Source of the DNA: Lama glama
Taxonomy: Eukaryota
NCBI GenBank assembly: GCA_028534125.1
Contig: CM052817.1
Coordinates: 61,754,001 to 61,818,000, forward strand
DNA length: 64,000 bases
Reading direction: 5' to 3'
Shown here: positions 23,803 through 37,524 of the stretch, one piece after another
Layout: the number at the start of each line of letters is the position of its first letter
How positions within the stretch are numbered: the first letter of the stretch is position 1
Position numbers and translations under genes: made by a program
The notes under the pieces: generated by a model
What the model was told of the DNA's origin: nothing
Databases searched by the model: none
What the model saw: only the letters and a program-made list of their open reading frames with translations

Positions 23803-25472
23803 TGTCCATCCTCTGACCACAACCATTTACAGCCCTCCCACATGTAAGATACGCTTATTCTCAACCTCAGAGTCCCTGTTTCATCCCATTACTGCATTAC
23901 CTTGAAGTCTAGGATCTCAACTTCTACATCAAGTCCAGGTGCAGCTGAGGCTCCGTGACTAAATCTTCCTGAATATTGAAAATACTTGAACTAGGGATTT
24001 CCTGAAAAGCTCTAAACTCGAGAGATAAGTTATCTGCCCTTCATTTAGTGGTGTGACAAGCACAGGGAAGTTCTGTAGTCCCACCTGTTCAAAAAGGGAG
24101 AAATGAGAAGCTGCTATATTCCACAGCAAATCTCAAACCCAAGTGGTCCTGCTGCCATTTGCTTAAGTAGGGACTCAGTCTGTCCCCTGGGAACTGTCCT
24201 CTTTGACCCTTGATTCTTCCCACTGTATCCTTGTTTCCATCCTCTGAATCACCCTTCTCCCCCCTTCCCAAAAAAAGGCCTGTATTTATTGCTGACAAAA
24301 TTCCTCCTTCCTGTTCATGGGAGTTTGGGGGGTCCAAAAGCCACTTTTTGCTTAGTATTGTGTTTGTTTCCTCTTAGCTCAAGCTGGTATAAATCTTTAA
24401 AAAGTCGTTAGGGTTTCTTACATACCAGTTTAGCAAAATTACTCTAGTAGCAAAAGTCACACCCAGAAAATTTTGAGGTAATCGCTCCTTTACCAAGGGT
24501 TCCCTATGAAGCTGTGGTGAGATAACACCCTTAAGGTTCTTTTTTTTTTTAATTGAAGGATAAAGACTTAGTTATATTAGTTATATTAGATGTACAGCAT
24601 AATGATGTGACATTTTTATAGATGATTCTCAATATAAATTTATTAAATATTGGTTATATTCCATTTACTATACATTACATCCTTATATCTTACTTGTTTT
24701 ATACCTAGTAGCTTGCACCTCTTAATCCCCTTCCCCCATCTTGTCCTGCCTCCACCCTTAACATTCTTAGTAGCCCTACTGTTCAGCAGAGAAAGTTGGC
24801 TCCTTATGCCCTTAAGATCCTTAGAAGGCCTTTTATCTGTTTTAAAGGATCTATGAGGCAACCACCTTGATATTCCTGAGATGCTAATACAGGCAGTTTA
24901 TAGTCACATCTTATCTTTACTTGTAGACCAGGTTTTTCTGACTACACCTGGCATTTTATCTTTTCCCCCTGAGGCTTGTTTTTGAGACTGTTGTTTTGAG
25001 ACAGTTTTGCACTCTGAAGCCAAAGGGAATGAAAATTCATTTTATTTTTCAAACCTAGCAAGTTCTGTCTTTTATAGTTCCTCCAAATTTTGCTGGAAAC
25101 CAACAGTTCCTTTTTTAACTCATCTATCTCTTCATAAGTAGCAAAGGGAAGGCAGATGTCCTTTTAGTATTCTTCTGGGAAAGCGCCTCAGCTTAGATCC
25201 TTGGAGTTCATTCGGTACACTTTCTATTTTCCATGTCACTGTGGGCGTTCGTATTGCTAAATGTTCTTCAACTGCGTAGCAAGAATCTCCTTTTATCCAC
25301 CTTCCAAAAACATAACCTGTACATCTCTGATGCCCTCACAGTCAAACTCATTGAGGCCCATCAGGCTCCCAATAACAGTCTTGTTCAGGCTTCCATCTGC
25401 TTTCTGGTCCAAAGGCCAATACCATATGTTTTGAGTTTATTTTATTATACCACTTCACTTTTGATATGAGTA
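23803..25472 (-). mobile_element. MaLR internal region (MLT1-int), decayed
   Basis: Begins 'gtccatcctctgaccac...ctcccacatgtaagatac' and ends 'ccaaaggccaataccatatgttttgag...ccacttc', typical MLT-int ends; lies between two homologous LTRs. Confidence 0.75.
24542..24752 (-). mobile_element. Short L1 3' end inserted in MLT-int
   Basis: Poly-T then 'aattgaagg...gatgtacagcataatg...cttgttttatacctagtagcttgcacctctt'; TSD cacccttaa(gg/ca)ttctt at 24526-24541 and 24753-24768. Confidence 0.85.
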
Positions 25473-27482
25473 TGTTTTAGTTATATATTGCTTTTTAACA
25501 AATAACTGTAAAACTTAGTGGCTTGAAACAACAAAAACAATGTTATTCCCTCTCATAGTTTCTGTGGGTCAGGATTTTGGGCAGAACTCAGTTGGGTGGT
25601 TTGACTCTCAGTTGGGTGGTCTCTAATGTAGGTGCAGTCAGTGGTGTCTGGAGGCAGAACAGCAGGAGACTGAAGCAGCTGGGAGCTGTCCAGGCATATC
25701 TCTAGTCATGGAGTCTCAAGGCTTCTCTGATTTCTCCACATTGGTAGTTTTGTTTTTTAGCATCGTGTCCTCTGCACAGTCAGGCTGCTAAACTGGCAGC
25801 CAAAGGCTTCAAGAACATGCATTCTTTTTTTTTTTCTTTTTTAAATAGTTTAGTGATTTTATTTATTTTTTAGTGGAATACAGTCAATTACAATGTGTCA
25901 ATTTCTGATGTACAGCATAATGTCCCAGTCATGCATATATATACATATATTCATTTTCATGTTCTTTTTCATTAAAGGTTATTACAAGATATTGAATATA
26001 GTCCCCTGTGCTATACAGAAGAAACTTTTTTTAAAAAATCCATTTCTATATATAGTAGCTAACATTTGCAAATCTCAGACTCCCAAATTTATCCCTTCCC
26101 ATTCCCTTTCCCCAGTAACCATGAGATAGTTTACTGTGTCTGTAAATATATTTCCGTTCTGTAGATCAGTTCTTAGTGTCTTTTTTTTTTAAGATTCCAC
26201 ATATGTGTGATTTGTGGTTTTTTTCTTTCTCTTTCTGGCTTACTTCACTTAGAATGGTATTCTCCAGGTCCATCCATGTTGCTGCAAATGGCATTATTTT
26301 ATTTTTTATGGCTGAGTAGTATTCCATTTTATAAATATACCACAGCTTCTTTATCCAATCATCTGTTGATGGACATTTAGGTTGCTTCCATGTCTTGGCT
26401 ATTGTATATAGTGATGCTGTGAACATTAGGGTTCATGTATCTTTCTGAGTTAGAGTTCCCTCCAGATATACACCTAGGAGTGGGTTTGTGGGATCATCTG
26501 ATAAGTCTATTTTTGGTTTTTTGAGGAATCTCCATACTGTTTTCTGTAATAGCTGCACCAAAGTTCATTCCCACCAACAGTGTAGGAGGGTTCCCTTTTC
26601 TTCAAACCCTCTCCAGCATTTGTCATTTGTGGACTTCTGAATGATGGCCATTCTGATTGGTGTGAGGTGATACCTCACTATAGTTCTGATTAGCATTTCT
26701 CTGATAATTAGCAATATTGAGCTTTTTCCATGTGCCTATTGGCCATTTGTATGTCTTCACTGGAGAATGACTTGTTGAGGTCTTCTGCCCATTTTTGGAT
26801 TGGTTTGTTTTTTTCCTTAAGTTTATTCTGGAGATTAAGCCCTTGTAAGTTGCATCATTTGCAAATATTTTTTCCCATTCCATAGGTTGTTATTTTTATT
26901 TGTTTATAGTTTCTTTTGCTGTGCAAAAGCTTCCCATTTGTTAATTTTTCCTTTTATTTGTGTTTCCTGGGTAGACTGCAGTGGAAAACATTGCTAAGAT
27001 TTATGTCAAAGAATGTTTTGCCTATATTTTCTTCTAGGAGGTTTATCATGTCTTATATTAAAGACTTTAAGCCATTATTGTTGTGTACAGTATGAAGAGT
27101 GTTCTAACTTCACTGATTTACATGCTGTTATCCCATTTTCCCAGCACCACTTGCTGAAGAGACTGTCTTTTCTCCATTGTATAGTCTTGCCTCCTTTGTC
27201 GGAGATTAATTGATTGTAGGTCTGTGAGTTTATTTCTGGGCTCTCTGTTCTGTTCCATTGATCTATCTAAGAAGTTAGGTTCTGATGAGTCAATTGGGAA
27301 CTGAATCATATTTTATCACCTAGCCTTGAAGCACATTGTGTCACTTTGACAGTAGTCACAAGCTCATCTAGATTCAAGGAGAAAGAATTTAGACCCCACC
27401 TCTCAACGGGATGTAAGAAGAGCATTTGAGATAGGAGATACTGTTGTAGTCATCTTTGGAAAATAATATAAAATCTACCACA
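25473..27482 (-). mobile_element. MLT1H-like LTR (5' LTR), split by L1 into 25473-25825 and 27269-27482
   Basis: Homologous to 23299-23802 (both contain 'ctgaagcagctggg'; both end 'atctttggaaaata...aatct(g/a)ccac'). Confidence 0.8.
25826..27268 (-). mobile_element. Young 5'-truncated L1 (~1.4 kb; ORF2 3' part + 3'UTR)
   Basis: ORF track 26166-26426 'IAKTWKQPKCPSTDDWIKKLWYIY.MEYYSAIK' and 26623-26883 '[18 protein letters not shown]'; poly-T at left end. Confidence 0.95.
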
Positions 27483-28959
27483 CTTCTTTGTATCCAGTCT
27501 TCACAGGTTGACTCCAAGCTTAATGGAATATAGAGGTAGATGTTGATGGAAATTTAGGTAGAACCTTTCATGTTAAAAAAAAATTATAAACAAACCAAAA
27601 AACCCCCTTGAACTTAACATCCTTGCTTTCATCCTCAAATTTTGCTATTTAAACATTCAGTGAATTTCTAGTTATAACATTTAACGGGGATCTAAATTTG
27701 ATGTTTTTCTCTTGGCTAAGCCAAAATTAGGATTGTGGGTGGTACATGTTTTAAGTTACATCGAATTCTCAGACATGCAGCATTTATGAATAGTAATAAT
27801 TTTAACTGGCCAGCTATTGAAACTTTGTGTTTTTATAAGAAAAGAAGAAAAATGTTTCCTAAAAATTAAGAGAAATTACATCTCTTCCTAAAATGCCTCT
27901 GCATAAGAACTGACAGATTGTCCTAGTAATTCTTAAAATTAATCTTTTGAAATACCAAAAACCGTATGGTTGAACTTCTGAAGATGAACAGTGAAAACTT
28001 CATTAAAGACGATGAACGTGCAGCCACTTGGCATCTCCTTTCTTCTTGGCCACATCAGCTTGGTTTGTCTTCTGTTGCTACATAAACGAGCCACGCATGC
28101 TTTGGAAATTCTTTGACTGTTTCAGATGTTTAGTCTGCATAGCCTGGACCCTGTTCACTGTGCCTTATTACTTCGATTTCCCTCTGCTTTCAACAGCAGT
28201 GCTATCAGGCCAGCTTCTCTAGGAGTAGCAGCAGCCTGTGAAAGCCAAGGGCTAGAAACCCACTGCCTGTGAGAAACAGTGCTGCGTCTTTGCAGGGCTG
28301 TCGAGGGCCAGGTTCCACTTAGCCTTCTTAAATGGACCAAAGGTGATATCAAATGAATTGAAAATACTGGAATAAATCATCACAGTTTATTGCAGTTGTT
28401 ATACCTAGGGAAGCACCGCTTTTTAGCAGTCAGCCTGGCCTATTGACAGTGAAAATTCAGTCATCAGAAAATTGAAGACAACATTATTCAGTGAACTATT
28501 AACTGTAGTTTGAATCATCTTTTAAAATTAAAGTTAGATCATTAGGTGAATAGTAAACTTATGAAAGCAACAAATGACAAAATAATATGACAGCATTGAA
28601 AACTGGATCATAAAGTAACATAAAAGTAACATGAGGTGAGTAAATAATTGGAATGTTAGATTTGGGTAAATATTTTCAGCTCATTTCAGTTTAATTCACT
28701 GAGCATCTTAGTTGTATTGCAAAAGGGACTAACAATTGAGTTTATTGAGTGTTATTACTTAACCATGAACATTTGGACTTGTCATTCATTTTAAGTAGGA
28801 TTTTAAATATCCTATTTATTAGTTTCCTACCCAAATTCTAAAAGTTACTTACTTCTAAGGAGGTTAGTAACTCATTGATTATCATAGTAGTAATTGTGTT
28901 AAGTTTATGTGTTTGATGTTGTGAAGGGTCACATAACAGAATTTGTTAGTAATTTTAAA

Positions 28960-29600
28960 ACAGTCTTTTCAGGCCCTTGCATTTTTTGCTTACCTCTCCT
29001 CCCACCCATTCTCCACACAGCTTTACAGAGTTTATGCCACACTGCTTTTTTTTTTCCATTGAAAAATATTTATTTATTTTAATTGAAGTACAATTAGTTA
29101 AAAAAAAAAAAGACAATTGCTTCTTAAAACTGCTCAGTGGCTTCTCATTGCTAGGAGGATAGAAGTTAGAGTACCTTTTCATGAAAGACACAGGACCTCT
29201 GTGATCAGCTCCCTCCTCCCTCCCTTACCTTACCTCCTGCCTCTGCCTGCTCTGCTCCATCCACAGAGACCTGCTTGTCGCTCCTGGCAGACTGTACTAT
29301 CTCTCAGAGCTCTGCCTTTGCCTCTTTCTGGAATGCATCCCTCTCTGCCTTTTCTTCTAGACTAATTCCTTCTCACCCTGTTAAGATGCAATTCTGTGAC
29401 CAGCCTTCCTCCTCAGTGAACTAGGTATTTATATTTTTTCACTTAAGCGTAACTCTTGCATTGCTTTTATTACTATGCATTCTAGCTCTTGCCTGTGTGC
29501 TACTTGGAGGCAGGAGTTGTCTTTTTAGTTTTGTGTGTTATAGATGCCTGGCATATATTAGGTATTCAGATTATTTACTAAGAAATGAGTGATTGAATGA
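28960..29600 (+). mobile_element. L2 3' region
   Basis: 'aaaactgctcagtggcttctcattg...cctctttctggaatgc...atgcctggcatatattaggtattcag...tgaatgaat'. Confidence 0.7.
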
Positions 29601-31313
29601 ATTTATGGCCCACTTTATTTTTCATTTGAGTCTGCGGTCTTTAGTCATCAAATCTTTCTTTTGGTCCTCCCTCCTTGTTTGGGACAAGCTCTTGTCTCAC
29701 ATTTTCAGGTATTTCTCACTTTTGAAAATTTACCAAGGAGGAGAGAGTGGTAGTCAGGGCTCGGCCATGGTAATGTCCATTTGCAGAAGTGCGTACCAGC
29801 ACTGTGCTGCCTTAATGTGTCTTACCTTCAGCAGTGGGAGGCTGGTAAGTCTTCATTATCCATTCATTAGTCGGGTGTTTGAATGACACCACAAAGAAAG
29901 GTGCTGTAAATATGCAAAAATGCGTAAAACATAGCTCCTGATTTCAGTTAAGGTCTTGTCTACTAGAAAAGAGAAGACAGGTACCTCATACAAGTTGGGA
30001 ATGCTGTGGGCTTTCATAAAGGTACAGAAAGAATGCAGAGACTCATTTTGACATGGATTAGCTCAGCTGGCTTTATCAGATGGAGCTTTAAGAAGAAAGG
30101 TTTGAGTAGAATTTGTCATTCCTTTTCACTCACATGCTATGAATTCCATGACAAATGGACTGTGCAGAAAGTGTCTACTGCCTTGAAATTCCTTTAAAGG
30201 AAGGTTGGTGGTAGTACAGTATTTATATGTGCAATTTTGATAAAATACTGTTTTGACTCGGCAAATAAAGGAATATCTTAAGCTTATCTTCTATGGAGTG
30301 TTCGAATTTTTAAACGACATTCCTTCAGGTAGTTAGCGTATTGTAATATGCTAATAGAAGCTGGAGGAGATGCTATCTTAGCAAACTTCTAGGGCTATCG
30401 CACATGATAGTTAAGTCAGTTTTTAGCGGATTGGTTTGCTTGCCTGAAGTGTGACCAGGACTTGATTGCTTTTGCTTTTCCATACTTTAATTTAGATACC
30501 TTAGCTTATGCATAATTATTAGCTGTTAAAAATATGAACTTAAGTTGGCACTAAGAGTTGAATAATGAGACATTTTACTACCATTAGGAGACTTTATTCT
30601 CTATTAAGTGCAGTCCAAGAGAAGGTATTCTAGTGTTTATTTGAGCAATAGAAATGCCATCTGTACCTGATAAATTTATCTAAATATTTTAAGCCATGAC
30701 AAAATTCTCAGGTTACAGCAGTCCTACTAAATAAACCCAGATTGTTTCCCAGTGTAGTGCTAGTGGATGAACTCCTATCAGAATTACCCACCATGAAAAG
30801 ATGTACCATTTACAGCAAGTGGGATCAAGTTCTTGTGTGTCCCACACTAGAGGAATCCCATGTTAATGTTACAGATTATCAAAAAGAATAATATAAGCAA
30901 AATTCGAATACTATCAAGTGTTTTGTGTATTTTTTTCCTTCTCAAGAGACACAAAGTTATTCACAAATTATAAGCAAATATATTTTATTCTAGAATTTAC
31001 AGGGAGAATTCATAAAAGCAGTGAATCAGGAATGGATATAATTACATGGGTCATTTCCAAAATAACTTCATTTTCACCTAAATTACTTGAATTTTTAGAG
31101 GGAAGTGTTTTAATAATTGCTTTCATTTTTGTTGTTCTTAAGGAGAATTTGTTTTAGAAACTAACTTGTTCCTAAAATGTATTTCTCCTTTTTACCAAAT
31201 ATCCAGATAGAAATTAAACAGTTTAGGTGTATGAGAGAAATTTCAGGTGAAATTTTAATCTTCCAGTGGCTGTTTGTGTAATTAGACTCAAATTTAAATC
31301 CTTATCTTGGCCT

Positions 31314-31489
31314 CTGGTGCTTCTCAACCCTGGCTGCGTATCAGAATCACATGGAGGGCTTCCGAGAGTGCTGATCAATGGCTCCTGCTCCAGTGATTCT
31401 GATGTAATTGGTCTGGGATATGGCCTAGCATCTGGATTTTTAAAGCAGTCCAGGTGATTCTTACGTGCGGCACAGTTGAAGAGCCACTG
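31314..31489. mobile_element. MER5 (hAT-Charlie MITE)
   Basis: 'ttctcaaccctggctgcgtatcagaatcacatgg...gattctgatgtaattggtctggg...ccaggtgattctt...gagccactg' with inverted termini. Confidence 0.85.
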
Positions 31490-31559
31490 GCCTGAAACAC
31501 CTGCATCATTCAGTCACTGTCTAATTATATGACTTCTCTGTGTGCCCTCTCTCCCTTTT

Positions 31560-32085
31560 GCATTGTCACTTGAATACCAAAGATTGTTCTTACCCAAGGA
31601 TCTTTCCGTAGCAATTTCTTCTGCCTGGAATGTTCTTCCTGCAGATCTTTCTATGGCTGTCTCCTTCTAATCATTTAAGGATCTGCTTTAGGCCAAGCTT
31701 TTCTTAATCCTCCTAGCTAAACCTTTCTTTTTCTGTTTTTGGTGTCTATTTTTAAAATTATTTTTCATTGAAGTGTAGTCAATTTACAATGTTAGTTTCA
31801 GCTGTACAGCAAAGCAATTCAGTTATATATATATATTTTCAGATTCTCTTCCATTAAATCTAAAGCTTTCTTTCTCCCAACATTATCACATTATTCTGTT
31901 CTACTTTTATTATCGTACTTTTTGGGGGCTGTGAGATATTATCATAGTCATCTGTCAGTTTGCCCAACCCCCATTAGAATGTAAAGTCCATGAGGACGTG
32001 TCTGATTCACCATCATATTCCCAGCCTTTAAAACCAAGTCTAACATATAACAGTTGCTCAATAAATATTTTTTGAGTAAATGAAT
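31560..32085 (+). mobile_element. L2 3' region, interrupted by a short L1
   Basis: 'ttctgcctggaatgttcttcc...tagaatgtaaagtccatgagg...gctcaataaatatttttgagtaaatgaat'. Confidence 0.75.
31731..31859 (-). mobile_element. Short L1 3' end
   Basis: 'attgaagtgtagtcaatttacaatgttagtttcagctgtacagcaaag'; TSD ctaaa(c/g)ctttcttt at 31717-31730 and 31860-31873. Confidence 0.85.
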
Positions 32086-34254
32086 AAAAATGTCGATAGA
32101 AAAGTGATTTGAGTAATATAAATAATTAATATCATTTTTTCTCTCAAGAAAAACAAAACAAAACAAACATGAGATCACATTTTTAAAAATTAGAATAAAG
32201 CCAAAGATGAAATGAGTGAAAAAGTCAACCAGCAAAGAAGTGAACCTAGAGCTTTGACAGCCCCTAGCACCAAAACCTTTAGGGCGGTGATCCTGAGGCT
32301 GGGCTAGTTCCCGCCGCCTAAGGCTCTCACCCCGTGGCTATGCTTTGGATCTTCCAATCATCCCAAATCTTTCAAATCTTCCTACTCTTTCTGGTTAACT
32401 TCTGTTTTAAGCCTTCCCTGAGCTCAGTCTCCAGGAAGAGTTAGGCCTCCTGTGCTCTGCTGGCTTGCACTGAGGCCATTGCTGCACTGTACTGTGAGCT
32501 CCCTCACCAGCCGCTCGCCTCCTTGAGAGCAGGGATTGTGCCTGGATTGCTAAATCCACAACTGATACTCAGTAAGTGTTTTGTTGAATGAAAGCGTAAA
32601 CAAATGTGAAAATAGTCCACAAGAAACATTAGAACTGCTAATTAAAATTACAAAATGGATTTGTCAGGAATATAAGTAAGTTGAAGTAGTTTTTAATAGA
32701 ACAAAGTAATAAATAAGGATATTCTAGCCCAACGAGGTGAGTGTGATGTTATGCCCACTTAGGAAATTAAGAAAACATTGTTGGTGCCAATAAGTCTGAG
32801 CACTGGCTTCCAACTGATATGTGGTTTGTCATCTATACAAGGTTTTCATCACTCACTTGGGACTTTTTATACATTATTTACCCTTTTTGATAAACTTCTT
32901 TGCAATAGCTACCATTCTGATGGATGCATTTTCCAGTAACACCTGATAAGCTTTTTAAAATGTAGCTTTTAATTGGAATTGATTGCCAGTAAACCCAATG
33001 ATAACTTTCATCAGTGTACTTTGAACTTCATTGTTCAGCCCAGAAGAAAATGGAGCAGTCTTTGAGCACATAAATATTTAAAAGTCTCTGCATAGAGCCC
33101 TGTTAGTTCCATGGTGTGACTGTTACAGTTTTAGCACTTAAATCTTACTTTGGAGTGCTCTTTCAGCTTGTATCCTGCTTCCAAGTCTCTGTCACTATGC
33201 ATCATTTTACCTGAAAGCTAGATGAAAAAAGAGAACCACGCATTTGAAATGAACATTTTCAGTAATATTTTGGAATTGTTTATTGCTGCATTTTCTATCA
33301 CAAAGATGATAAACCAGAGGGGAAAAGAGTGAGTACTTAGGACAGAAATACCAGTCGGTTCTCACCAAATCATCCTGAAGAACAGTATTATCACGACTTT
33401 ACTGCTGGCAGCCCGGGAGCTGGGACATGCTTCTCTCATCTGCTTTTAGAAGGAAACACTCCATTTGTCACATCTGAATGAGACAAGCAAGCACAGCAAG
33501 GAGTTCTAATACCAGCATCTCAGCATCTGAAGACGTTTTCCTCCTTTTAATTTTTGAATCTGCATTCCCATAGTTAGATCTAGTTCTGCCCCCTTAAATG
33601 TTATTCCACAGAAATCAGGGCTCAGAGAATTCTGGTTGTTCTCCACACAGCATTGCCAGTGAACACATGGTTTGGTGTGTTACGAGAGCGTAATGTGGTA
33701 TTTGTGTTGTGGGCAAAGGGGGAATGAAACCAAGAGGACAGGGCCAGGTCGAGATGGTGGGGTGGCCTATATTCTGTGCTGAAAATCCAAACCCGCTGTT
33801 GTCAGCAGGAGGAGGTGTTGACATTTTTCAAGTGTTGTAGTCGTGTGGAAGACTGATGGAGGAGGAGACAGAGTGGTGACAGGAGGCTTGATTGTGGTCT
33901 TTTTGGTACTTAAGATTATATAAAAGCTAAACCTGAATTTTGGTAGGAACAGAGGGAAGGAAAGAGGGGACAGAGAGATTTCAAAGATAGACTGTTAAGT
34001 GTTTAGTAACTAACTGGAAGGAGAGAGCAGAAGGGGAACACGAGTTTTTCCTTGGATGACTACGTAGTGGCACTGCCATCACCCAGGTAGTGGTTGTATG
34101 CGCCCGATTGTGTGTTTTGCCATTGTCAACAAAAATATGTATGCCTCAAATTGGAATACTTGTTTGTCCCCTAGGAAATATAATTTTTTTCCATAGGAAG
34201 ATAATTTCTGCTGAGATATGGCCCCTCAGGTATTATTAAAAAATATAGTAATAA

Positions 34255-34420
34255 AGGCCAAGAATATAATGTGAAAAGACCTGAATTCAGTATTTCTTTC
34301 AAACTTCGATACATTGGACAGTTACCTTACCTACTTTGAACTTCGGTTTCCTCATCTGTAAAGTAGGGCCGTATAAATCTGAGCCGTTAGATTTGTACAT
34401 ACCATTGAGAGTTGGGCGGT
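34255..34420 (+). mobile_element. MIR
   Basis: 'gacctgaattcag...ttcggtttcctcatctgtaaagtagg'. Confidence 0.65.
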
Positions 34421-37400
34421 AAGAGAGATTATACTCCATGAACGTGGGTTCCTTGACCCTGGGGGTGTTCTGAGGTTCCTGTACTTCTGAAGTATTCTTT
34501 AATATTCTTTACTAGTGTGATTTAAGTGTCAAGAATGAGTGGCAGTTTGTATATGCTTTTCCGAACACAAATGTTTATACAAAACAGTTATTTTGACTTA
34601 ATGGTTTAGTACAAATTCTCCTCATAATAAAACAAAAATATAAGCAGGTTGATTACTAAATTGGTGTCCTATATGTTAGCAGTATTTCATCTCTTTATTG
34701 GATCATGAAAGGAAAGTATAGAGATATTCTTAATCCTTACCTTTTCTTCTTTTGCCACCCGCCCATCCTCAGCCCAGTTCCAGCTCTGATCTCGGTCAAT
34801 GCAGGCTGAATACCAGAAGGAAGCAAATTAGAGGAGGTGGGAAAAAACCACACACACACCTCAAAGGGTACTCCTGTGCAGTTTTCACCTACTCCAAAGT
34901 AGTCTAATGAAATTAAAGCTTACAAAAACTAGAAAGAGTGCTAAAGTTCATCTCTAAGTATGATTTAACTTGCTCTTAGGAATGTGTTGTACATGACAAT
35001 ATTCAGATCCACCAAAATACAGAAGTAAAAGTAAGATTTAAAAAAGTTAGTCACTCTTTCTGTATTGCTCTTTAGCTATCTTTGATGCCGCATTTCAAGA
35101 AAATTTCAGGCCCCATCAAGCAGGACAGTCAGTGGAAACAACGACATTTTATACACGAACCAAACAGGAGTAATGAATATCTCATTCATTGCTTGTTCAA
35201 ATTGGTTTCCTTTATTGTTTCCTTCCTATTTCCTCTCCCTTTTTTTGAAATATGTTTTACTTAGAAAACCATGGCATTAAAGTGAATAATTATATTCCTC
35301 AGCTTTACAGATTTAAATCTTTCTTCAAAGAGCAGAAAGCAGACTCATCGTAGAGCAGTAGCATAAACCAGTGTCGTTTTTATTTTCTTTTATGAATGGT
35401 TCAGGCTCGATGTACATTCCTGTTTATACCGCCTGTTAAATTTAATTGTTCAGTGATACTTTTATGGGCTACTGTCTTACGATTAACGAGTAGTGAAAGA
35501 AAGAGTTCAGCTTAAATGTGGCAGCAGGTATTTCCTTCCTCCGCTGGGTTGGGTTCTGCCAAACCCTTCCTGGCTGGGATTTCTCCCTTTTCATCCTAAG
35601 GAGTGCATGGTGTTAGCTTGTTTCAGTGAGTCCGCCAGTCTTCCCAGCTCTCCTTTCAGCTGCATAAATCCCTCTGGTGGGGGTGACTTCAGGATTACGT
35701 TCAGGCCCCTCCTGCCTTGGGGAGGACACTTAGTACTTTCTCAAGATTCCAGTTCTGCTGTCCAACAAAACATACTGTAATTTTTTTTCTAGAAATAAAT
35801 GTTCCATTTAATTAATGTCACACTGCTAATTATGGTATCTGTATGAATGGAAAGATCCTCGAATGAGTTCTTAAAAAAGCAACAAATATTGAGAGTTCAG
35901 CTACATGTTTATGATGAAAGAAAATCATCGTTTCGAGTGTGGGGTAATCATCTGTCACCTGGATATTAGAACTATTCCGAGATGAAAGAAATTAAAAATT
36001 CTCATCATGGAGAGTCTTATAGTTACATGTACCCTCTGATGTCCATTTTGCAGTGATAGTAGAAAAACTTGAATTAGTGAGGATTAATTCCTTAACTTTA
36101 AGAAGTAGACAGATGATGATTTTAAGAACTGTATGCTTTTTTAAAAGTAGAAAATGTTTGAATTTCTATTGCAAATAAATACTACGTTTCAAATACTTTA
36201 TGCGACTGCCCTTAGTATATAAATATGTGTGCCTTTATGAGGAAAACAAGTAGGAACACTGATATATAGTTGGGCCCTCAGCTATTATTATTTAGCATGA
36301 AGAGACATTAGTATGGTTTTAATAGAAGTCCAATTAGCAACAACTATAGTATAAAGATGATATTCTTGATGCTTTTCACTTGTTATTATTACTTTATTTT
36401 GTTAAATGTAATTGAATTTTATTTTTGGTTATATTTATATGTGTTACGTACAGTATGAATTTCAGAACAATTTCTGTTTACAAGTGATAACATGTTTTAG
36501 TTGGGTTTGGCATTAGTTGGTATAATGTCAAATAAGTTAAAAAGGACATAGATTCTTTGCTATTGTTTTCTTGTTTAGTATTTTTCTTTTTAATTTACGT
36601 ACAACATTGTTTTAGTTGAAAGTAAAAAATGACATTAATTGTGCAGTCAGTACTTCTCAAACTAGTAATGGGCGAGCTTACAAGAAAGCGGCAGCGCTGA
36701 AGGTTAGTAGACTCACGTGTGCTCTTCCTCTGGGTCGCTGGAACCCAGAGTATTTATTACCTGCAAACAAAGCACCTTAGAGTTAAAGGTAGGTCATTCT
36801 GTATGATGTGACTAGTAGTAGGCCTATGAAGGAAAACAAGGAGAAAACAGTCCTAGTTTGCTTCAAACAAGGCAAAACGTAGACACATTTTTCTTTCTCC
36901 TCCATCGTTTACACCGAAGGTCACGTAGTCCGTCAGGTCTTTCTGAATAATGATGACATGCTTGGGTTACTAATATTTTCCCAGTACCCATTTGCCCCTG
37001 AGGAGTATCTCAAAGTGTTGTTTATATTTGTAGTGTTTATATCTGATTAAGCTTGTCAACATCATTTGTAAATCATTCATTAATCGATTTTTTTGCTTCT
37101 TTTCACCTCTGACTTCAAGGAAGCATTAAATTAAACCATGACTATAACTGGATTACAATTCCTGTTTCCTAACATTGATCTGGTAGAACGCTTTATTATT
37201 ACCAAACTGAAAGTCCTATTATGGGTATTTATCATAATGCTGAACAGAGGATTAGCCCGTTTTCTGTCATTACATTTTTTTAAAGTTTATTTTCTTTACT
37301 AAAAATTCTATTGAAACTGCATAGGAATTCAAAATAACTTAGTTTAAAAACTGAAACAATGTATGAACAAGTATTTCTCATTCCTAACCTTTCATTTGTT

Positions 37401-37524
37401 GATTAGTTTATTCATTTATTCAGTGAACAAGTGAGTGTCTGTGTTTATGCCAGTTCAGCATGAAAATATGTATTAAGCTTTGCTTGGTCCTAGGCTTTTC
37501 TGAAATTGTATTTACTGAAAGTAG

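Noticed and set aside
36945..37005. Box C/D snoRNA-like pattern (AATGATGA…CTGA)
   Set aside because: Too short, no terminal stem, no recognisable guide sequence
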